Shown here piece by piece: positions 58,519 through 64,000 of a stretch of DNA of 64,000 nt. This stretch comes from Candidatus Oxydemutatoraceae bacterium. Its GTDB lineage: Bacteria; Pseudomonadota; Gammaproteobacteria; Poriferisulfidales; Oxydemutatoraceae. Position numbers and translations under genes: made by a program. The stretch is taken from contig OZ243039.1 of assembly GCA_965212025.1 (NCBI GenBank), forward strand, positions 879,216 to 943,215, given 5' to 3'. Position 1 is the stretch's first letter. Every line of letters begins with the position of its first letter. The notes beneath the pieces were generated by a model. The model ran no database searches. It saw only the letters and a list, made by a program, of their open reading frames with translations, and was not told the origin of the DNA.

Positions 58519-61503
58519 TTATTCATTTTCGTCCGTTTCAACCTGTGTGTACTGTTTGGTCACCCGTGCAAAAGTGCTGCGTGGTTGCACGTCTTTTTCA
58601 GTGACAGCTTCTGTTTCCCGTGTGGCTTCCAGGTTGGCAGCGTAGGGTTCAGCGGAACCGGCCGCCGGTTCAGAAGTGCTGTGTGTTTGCGTGTCTTTTT
58701 CAGTGACAGGCTCTGTTTCCCGTGTGACTCCCAGGTTGGCAGCATGCAGTTCAGCGGGACTGGCCGCCGGTTCAAAGGTGCTGTGTGTTTGCGTGTCTTT
58801 TTCAGTGACAGGCTCTGTTTCCCGTGTGGCTTCCAGGCTGGCAACATGCAGTTCAGCGGGACTGGCTCGCCTGGGCCCGGTACCTGTCATCGTGCCAACT
58901 CTGCCCGCAGGGGCAAAGAATTTTGTTGTCCCATTATTTCGTTGCTGACCGGTTTTTCCAAAAGAAGACGCAGGTACAGGTGTGTTCCTGCTTTCTCCCG
59001 ATGTCGGGCGTGACATGTTTTCCGGCCTCGGCTCAAATTGCTCCGAGCCTGTCTCATTCCGCCTTCTCTGCCGCGCAGGCTGCTGACGTTTTCCCATGCT
59101 TGCGGATCGCTGCCACTCCATTCCTACCGGTTCATGTCTTGTTTCAGTCCTCACGGAGCTCCGTTGCGAGGCTCTCTCCGGGCGGTCATGTTGGCGCTGT
59201 GACCCATACTGTTGACCAGCTCTTATCGGTTCCTGTTGCCGTTGCGCAGGCTCATACTGTCTGCCCGCCCCCACCGGTTCACGTTGCCGGCGAGTAGATC
59301 CATACTGCCGGTTTGTCCTGAGCGGTTCCTGTTGCCGCCGTACAGGTTCGTACCGTCCATCCTCTCGCACCGGCTCTTGTTGTTCATGCACTGCCCGGTG
59401 TTGCACTTGCGCGCCTCTGGATTGCGACGCTTCCTCACCAGGGAAGAGATTTTCTTCATAAGGTCTATTGGTTCGTCTGTTCATTTTTCTTTTGACACCG
59501 GGGTAACGCTCTGAGGCGAATTGCCTTCTGGAGTCGCCATTCTGATTTGCCTGGAAGTCATCCTGACCCTGCGAAGAACGGCGGGATTGACTTTTTTCAG
59601 TTACCGGTGGTGAAGCAATTTCCGAACCGGAGTCATAGCGGGAGGAAAATCCCGCATTATGCCTGCCGTAAGACGAACGTGAACGACCTCCTCTGATCGG
59701 CCGCCCGGCTGAGTCCGAAATTTGTCGCCCTCTCTCCTTGTACGTAGCCCTACTGGTTTGGTGACTGGTCGACGAGGCTCGGCCAGGAACTTGAGCACGG
59801 TCTTCCGGGGAGCTTTTTTGCTCCTTGACCGGCTTGGGTGACGAGGAGAAAAACTTGCCAAACCAGCGACCCAAAAGGCCGCCAACTTGCTTTTCCCCGT
59901 GTGCGGAAGCTTTTATCGGGGTCACTCCCGTCTGTTCAGTCTCAGGAGCGGAAGGTTGCGTATATCTCAGTTGCGCCGGGTAGTTGCCATTCGCAGCAGG
60001 TTTTGTTTTGAAAGCCTCTGGGGATTGGTCGGTACGAAAGCCCTTGATTTCAAAGTTGGGGTTTTTCATGCCCGGAACCGGGATCATAAACAGAGTGACT
60101 TTGTGCTGTGACTCAAGCTTATCCACCTCATTGCGCTTTTCGTTCAGAAAATACGCAGCCATTTCCACAGGCAGCTTTGCCACCACCGACACGATCTGTT
60201 CTTGCTCGGCCTCGCGCACAATGGAACGGAACACCTCCAAAGTATTGGATTCAATGGTACGTACCCAGCCGCTTCCATCACAGTGCTGGCAAATCAGATG
60301 GCTCGACTCGCTAAGTGATGTGCGTAGTCGCTGACGTGACATTTCAAGCAGTCCAAAGCTGGAGATATTGCCAATCTGGTTCTGTGCCCGGTCGTATCTC
60401 ATGGAGCGACGCATGACGTCTTCCACGGTTTCACGGTCTTTATCCGAGACCATGTCAATAAAATCAACGACGATAAGGCCGCCGGCATCCCTCAGCCTGA
60501 GTTGCAAGGCAATTTCTTTTGCTGCTTCCACATTCGTGTTCAGAGCCGTGGTTCCAATGTCAGCCCCGCGGATCGACTTGGCAGAATTGACGTCTATGGA
60601 CAGTAGCGCCTCTGTTTGGTCGAAAACAATTTTTCCGCCTTGGGGGAGGTCAGTTATCCGCTCAAAAGCGGTTCCAATTTTTGCCTCAATTTTGTAGGTG
60701 GTGAACAGCGGGGAGTCACCGTCATGCATCATGATTTTGTCGATCTGTGTAGGCATGGAAGTTTCCATGTAACGTTTCGCCTCTTCGTAGACATCCGGGT
60801 TGTCAAAAATCACTTTTTCAACATCGGATCCCATGTGATCGCGTAGCGTATGGATGACCACGTTTCCCTCACGGTAGATGAGGGACGGCGGTTTCTCGGT
60901 TCTCGCCAGGTTGACAATGTCTTGCCACAGGTTCCTGAGGTTGTTCAGGTCCCACATCAATTCTTCTTCACCGCGTCCAATACTTGCTGTTCTTAAAATG
61001 ATGCCTTCGCTGGGCTGATACTTAGTATTCGAAAAAATATCCTGCATGTGGGCACGATGGCTTTCTTTGGCATGTTTGGTGATTCGCATGCCTGACCAAG
61101 GGCTGTTCGGCATCAAAACCAGGAAACGGCCGGGGATTCTTATGTAGGTAGAAAGCAGAGCCCCTTTATTGCCAATTTCGCCTCGATTCAGCTGTACAAG
61201 AAGCTCTTGTCCCTCTTTGACGAAGCCGCGGTTTGAGTCTTCCCCTTCAGAAGGCGACCCGATATTTTTGCTGAAGTCGCGGGCAATTCCCTTGAACGGC
61301 AGAAAGCCATGCTTTGCCTCGCCGTAGTCAACGAAGACAGCGTTCAGTCCCCTCTCTACGCGGGCGACTGTGGCCTTGTAGATGTTTCCTTTAAGCTGCT
61401 TCCGGTGAGAGCTTTCTATGTTGAGATCTTGTAATTCCGTCCCCTGGAGGATGGCTACGCGCACCTCTTCTTTGTGCGTAGCGTTGACAAGGATATTTTT
61501 CAT
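58519..61503 (-). CDS. rne: Ribonuclease E
   Basis: The N-terminal catalytic region (S1 domain, DNase I-like fold, Zn-link) aligns with E. coli RNase E (MKNILVNATHKEEVRVAILQG...). A long Arg/Pro/Glu-rich C-terminal scaffold gives 994 aa. Confidence 0.9.
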   Translation of the reverse strand: MKNILVNATHKEEVRVAILQGTELQDLNIESSHRKQLKGNIYKATVARVERGLNAVFVDYGEAKHGFLPFKGIARDFSKNIGSPSEGEDSNRGFVKEGQELLVQLNRGEIGNKGALLSTYIRIPGRFLVLMPNSPWSGMRITKHAKESHRAHMQDIFSNTKYQPSEGIILRTASIGRGEEELMWDLNNLRNLWQDIVNLARTEKPPSLIYREGNVVIHTLRDHMGSDVEKVIFDNPDVYEEAKRYMETSMPTQIDKIMMHDGDSPLFTTYKIEAKIGTAFERITDLPQGGKIVFDQTEALLSIDVNSAKSIRGADIGTTALNTNVEAAKEIALQLRLRDAGGLIVVDFIDMVSDKDRETVEDVMRRSMRYDRAQNQIGNISSFGLLEMSRQRLRTSLSESSHLICQHCDGSGWVRTIESNTLEVFRSIVREAEQEQIVSVVAKLPVEMAAYFLNEKRNEVDKLESQHKVTLFMIPVPGMKNPNFEIKGFRTDQSPEAFKTKPAANGNYPAQLRYTQPSAPETEQTGVTPIKASAHGEKQVGGLLGRWFGKFFSSSPKPVKEQKSSPEDRAQVPGRASSTSHQTSRATYKERGRQISDSAGRPIRGGRSRSSYGRHNAGFSSRYDSGSEIASPPVTEKSQSRRSSQGQDDFQANQNGDSRRQFASERYPGVKRKMNRRTNRPYEENLFPGEEASQSRGAQVQHRAVHEQQEPVREDGRYEPVRRQQEPLRTNRQYGSTRRQREPVGAGRQYEPAQRQQEPIRAGQQYGSQRQHDRPERASQRSSVRTETRHEPVGMEWQRSASMGKRQQPARQRRRNETGSEQFEPRPENMSRPTSGESRNTPVPASSFGKTGQQRNNGTTKFFAPAGRVGTMTGTGPRRASPAELHVASLEATRETEPVTEKDTQTHSTFEPAASPAELHAANLGVTRETEPVTEKDTQTHSTSEPAAGSAEPYAANLEATRETEAVTEKDVQPRSTFARVTKQYTQVETDENE
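58574..58880. repeat. 3 copies of a 102-bp (34-codon) tandem repeat in the rne C-terminal scaffold coding region
   Basis: The unit start GTGCT recurs at 58574, 58676 and 58778. It encodes repeats of the form ...RETEPVTEKDTQTHSTxEPAAxxAE.... Confidence 0.8.
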
Positions 61504-62056
61504 TTCTATTCAATTTCCATATTCTGTTTGCACTGTGTTCAGGAACCACTAAAACCTCGGATAAAGACTTCCGCACGAACCATAAGGAAAGCGCAGCCAG
61601 CGTCGTGTCGACTTTTGTGAGACTCCGCCAAAGTGGCGCAAAGAACGCCCGTGTAATAGTAGTCACAGTGCTAAAAAAACCATAAATTAAGCCGCCTTGA
61701 TACAAAAAAAGCAGGCGACAACACAAATCGGAGCGCACCTTCACGCAATATGGCACTTGGTAGCACATAAGCCGGGGCACCCACATAAATCGGCATCACA
61801 TCGCAGATTCCCGTTCATAGTACAGCGTGGTGCCAGAGTTGGCAAGGCAAAGGACGCACCACACGGCCTTTGTCGCTTGCCTGGCGTACGGCTTTTTTGG
61901 TAGGAACCTTGCCGTTGGAGCCGCGCACGGAGCAAAGATGAGCCAGAGTTGGGGCACCCATTTTTTGCGAGACTGTCCGAAACGCCACAACACGTTCCCA
62001 GACACGCCGAGGCGCAATCCAAAGGGTATAATGCGGCGCAAGGGCTAGTCATCAAA

Positions 62057-62398
62057 ATGGGCAACACAAACATTCTTGAGCAAATCGCGGAAGTTCTGGA
62101 AAATCGCAAGCGCGAGACACCCGACCGGTCTTATGTGGCATCGCTTTACGCACAGGGAAGCCAGGTGATTGAAGGGAAAATTCTGGAAGAAGCCCAGGAA
62201 GTCGTTGGCGCAAGCGGCGCGCAACAGGCTGAACTGGTGCACGAAATTTCCGATTTGTGGTTTCACTGCCAGGTTTTGCTCGCCTATCGCGGCATCGACG
62301 TTCAGGCAGTGTTCCGCGAATTGGAGAAACGTTTCGGCGTGTCCGGCCATGAGGAAAAAAATCGCCGCAAGGATAACAAGGAGGCAGTTTGCCAATGA
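62057..62398 (+). CDS. hisE: Phosphoribosyl-ATP pyrophosphatase
   Basis: [25 protein letters not shown] ... [22 protein letters not shown] is the HisE/MazG-like signature. The internal start MGNTNILEQ is chosen. Confidence 0.85.
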   Translation: MGNTNILEQIAEVLENRKRETPDRSYVASLYAQGSQVIEGKILEEAQEVVGASGAQQAELVHEISDLWFHCQVLLAYRGIDVQAVFRELEKRFGVSGHEEKNRRKDNKEAVCQ

Positions 62399-62595
62399 GT
62401 TGGGGACCTTTACAGATTGTGGTGGTTTTGTTGATCGTGATTTTGCTCTTCGGGACGAAGAAGCTGCGCAACATGGGGGCAGACCTGGGCAGTGCCATCA
62501 AAAACTTCAAGCGTTCTGTCAGTGATACAGAAAAGGGGAATGAAGATTCCGCTAAAACGGAAGACCCCGGAGAAGATGGCAAGGGATCCAAGTAG
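62395..62595 (+). CDS. tatA: Sec-independent translocase protein TatA
   Basis: [40 protein letters not shown] contains a TM segment and an amphipathic helix. AAGGAGG lies upstream. Confidence 0.85.
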   Translation: MSWGPLQIVVVLLIVILLFGTKKLRNMGADLGSAIKNFKRSVSDTEKGNEDSAKTEDPGEDGKGSK

Positions 62596-62600
62596 CACCG

Positions 62601-62981
62601 ATGTTTGATATCGGGTTCTGGGAACTTACGGCTATTGTCCTGGTAGCGCTGCTGGTTCTGGGTCCGGAGCGGATGCCAGCGATGGCCGCCAGGATTGGCA
62701 GGTGGGTTGGGTACATAAAGCAGCTCAGTTACGGCTTCAGAGAGGAGATTGAAAACGAGTTGCGGGTGCAGGAAGTCAAGGACACTGTCGGTTCGGTCAA
62801 AAAGTCCATCATGAGTCTTGAGACCGATGGAAAAGAAATGCTGAACACGATCGGCCGACAAGACCGGGAACTGCCGGAGCAGAGCGAAACGATTGAGCAG
62901 CAGATTGCTTCAGGACGTTTTGAAGCCGAAGAGCCGGCCAGCGGCAGTGATGAGAGCAATGTGGGAACGCATCCGCGGTAG
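62601..62981 (+). CDS. tatB: Sec-independent translocase protein TatB
   Basis: MFDIGFWELTAIVLVALLVLGPERMP has a TatB-type N-terminus. Confidence 0.8.
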   Translation: MFDIGFWELTAIVLVALLVLGPERMPAMAARIGRWVGYIKQLSYGFREEIENELRVQEVKDTVGSVKKSIMSLETDGKEMLNTIGRQDRELPEQSETIEQQIASGRFEAEEPASGSDESNVGTHPR

Positions 62982-63765
62982 GAAAAAGAAACCTGATCCA
63001 GGCTCTGAAACAAGCCTGGTGTCACACCTGATAGAACTTCGTGACCGCCTGATCCGGGTCTTCATGGTTACCGGCGTGGTCTTTCTGTGCCTGTTCCCTT
63101 TTGCAAACGACCTGTACGAGTACCTGGCTGCGCCGATGCTGCAACAGCTGACGCAAAAAGACACGACCATGATTGCCATCGAAGTGGCATCGCCGTTTCT
63201 GATTCCTTTCAAAATGACGCTTTTGATGGCAGTCCTGATCACGGTTCCATATATCCTGTACCAAGTTTGGTCCTTCGTCGCACCGGGGATGTATAAAAAA
63301 GAGCAACGACTCGCTCTGCCATTGCTGGTTTCCAGCACACTGCTGTTCTATCTGGGCATGTGCTTTGCCTACTACGTGGCTTTTCCGCTGATGTTCGGAT
63401 TTTTCACCAGAATCTCTCCGGAAGGTGTTCGGGTCATGACGGATATAGGCATGTATTTTGACTTTGTCGCAAAGATTTTTGTGGCCTTCGGTGCGGTTTT
63501 CGAGGTTCCCGTCGCAACTTTCCTGCTGATCAGAATGGGGATGGTGAGCACCGCCAGCCTGTCACGCAAGCGTCCTTACGTGATAGTCGGGGCTTTCGTA
63601 CTCGGGATGGTTCTGACGCCGCCTGACGTGGTGTCGCAGATTCTGCTCGCAATCCCGACCTGGCTACTGTTCGAAGCAGGTTTGTTTTTGGCAAAAGTGC
63701 TTAAAGCAGATTCCGGCGCCAGTGAAAACAGACCGGAAGGCACGTCAGACCATATTTCCCACTGA
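62950..63765 (+). CDS. tatC: Sec-independent translocase protein TatC
   Basis: LVSHLIELRDRLIRV is followed by six TM segments, as in TatC. The start is uncertain (62893, 62950 or 62959). Confidence 0.8.
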   Translation: MRAMWERIRGRKKKPDPGSETSLVSHLIELRDRLIRVFMVTGVVFLCLFPFANDLYEYLAAPMLQQLTQKDTTMIAIEVASPFLIPFKMTLLMAVLITVPYILYQVWSFVAPGMYKKEQRLALPLLVSSTLLFYLGMCFAYYVAFPLMFGFFTRISPEGVRVMTDIGMYFDFVAKIFVAFGAVFEVPVATFLLIRMGMVSTASLSRKRPYVIVGAFVLGMVLTPPDVVSQILLAIPTWLLFEAGLFLAKVLKADSGASENRPEGTSDHISH

Positions 63766-63848
63766 ACCAGGAGCCAGCTGATGGTGACAAGGCTGGCCGA
63801 GAAGGATAAACCACCGCCACACTGACGCACTCAGGAGCAAGAGCACAC

Positions 63849-64000
63849 ATGAAAATTGATGGCACACGGGTCGTTTTGGTGGTTCTTGATGGCTACGGGA
63901 TCAGCCCCGAAGAAGAGAACAACGCCGTCTTCCTGGCAAATACGCCCAACCTGGATCGCCTGTTTTCGCGCTATCCGAACACTCAGCTTGAGGCTTCCGG
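63849..64000 (+). CDS. gpmI: 2,3-bisphosphoglycerate-independent phosphoglycerate mutase (5' partial; runs off the window end)
   Basis: MKIDGTRVVLVVLDGYGISPEEENNAVFLANTPNLDRLF matches the GpmI N-terminus. Confidence 0.7.
   Translation, partial: MKIDGTRVVLVVLDGYGISPEEENNAVFLANTPNLDRLFSRYPNTQLEAS

Noticed and set aside
1-64000. Mobile elements, integrases or transposases flanking the accessory blocks
   Set aside because: No ORF resembles DDE transposases, tyrosine recombinases or phage proteins. The accessory blocks appear to have arisen by local duplication or rearrangement rather than identifiable mobile-element insertion.

Overview
This window is Pseudomonas-like gammaproteobacterial chromosome, roughly 55% GC, built on a housekeeping backbone with three accessory or rearranged segments. 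No transposase, integrase, CRISPR array or rRNA gene is visible.

Backbone, in order:
- A complete cell-division/cell-wall (dcw) cluster on the + strand at 5.9-23.5 kb: mraZ, rsmH, ftsL, ftsI, murE, murF, mraY, murD, ftsW, murG, murC, murB, ddl, ftsQ, ftsA, ftsZ.
- purB at 36.4-37.9 kb, then prfA and hemA on the - strand at 42.8-45.2 kb.
- A + strand run at 45.3-51.8 kb: TPR lipoprotein, lolB, ispE, tRNA-Gln, prs, pth, ychF, tRNA(CAT).
- A - strand run at 53.7-61.5 kb: proS, hisI, yidD, cysS, rne.
- hisE, tatA, tatB, tatC and the start of gpmI on the + strand at 62.1-64.0 kb.

Accessory or unusual content:
1. 1-3.65 kb: a type IV pilus / type II secretion-like operon. It has a pilin with a long leader, a GspF/PilC-family platform protein, two more prepilin-type proteins and a small cysteine-rich secreted protein.
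2. 23.4-25.5 kb: lpxC does not follow ftsZ. Instead there is a nested repeat region: a roughly 428-bp duplication that includes the ftsZ 3' end, followed by about 8.6 copies of a 143/144-bp unit.
3. 25.5-35.8 kb, - strand: a single giant gene, interrupted by one frameshift, encoding about 3,400 aa. It carries an N-terminal trypsin-like serine peptidase domain, then four repeated modules of GGLVG (GLUG-like) beta-repeats, a Cys-containing linker and an Fn3-like domain. This is the most interesting object in the window.
4. 37.9-42.5 kb, - strand: a GldA/GldF/GldG-like ABC operon plus a DUF4340-like gene.
5. 55.9-57.3 kb: a tandem triplication of about 477 bp spanning the cysS 3' end, yidD and the hisI 5' start, leaving three intact yidD copies.

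hisI is also separated from hisE-tatABC and inverted relative to it. All calls rest on reading the six-frame translations and the DNA by eye; no database search was run.
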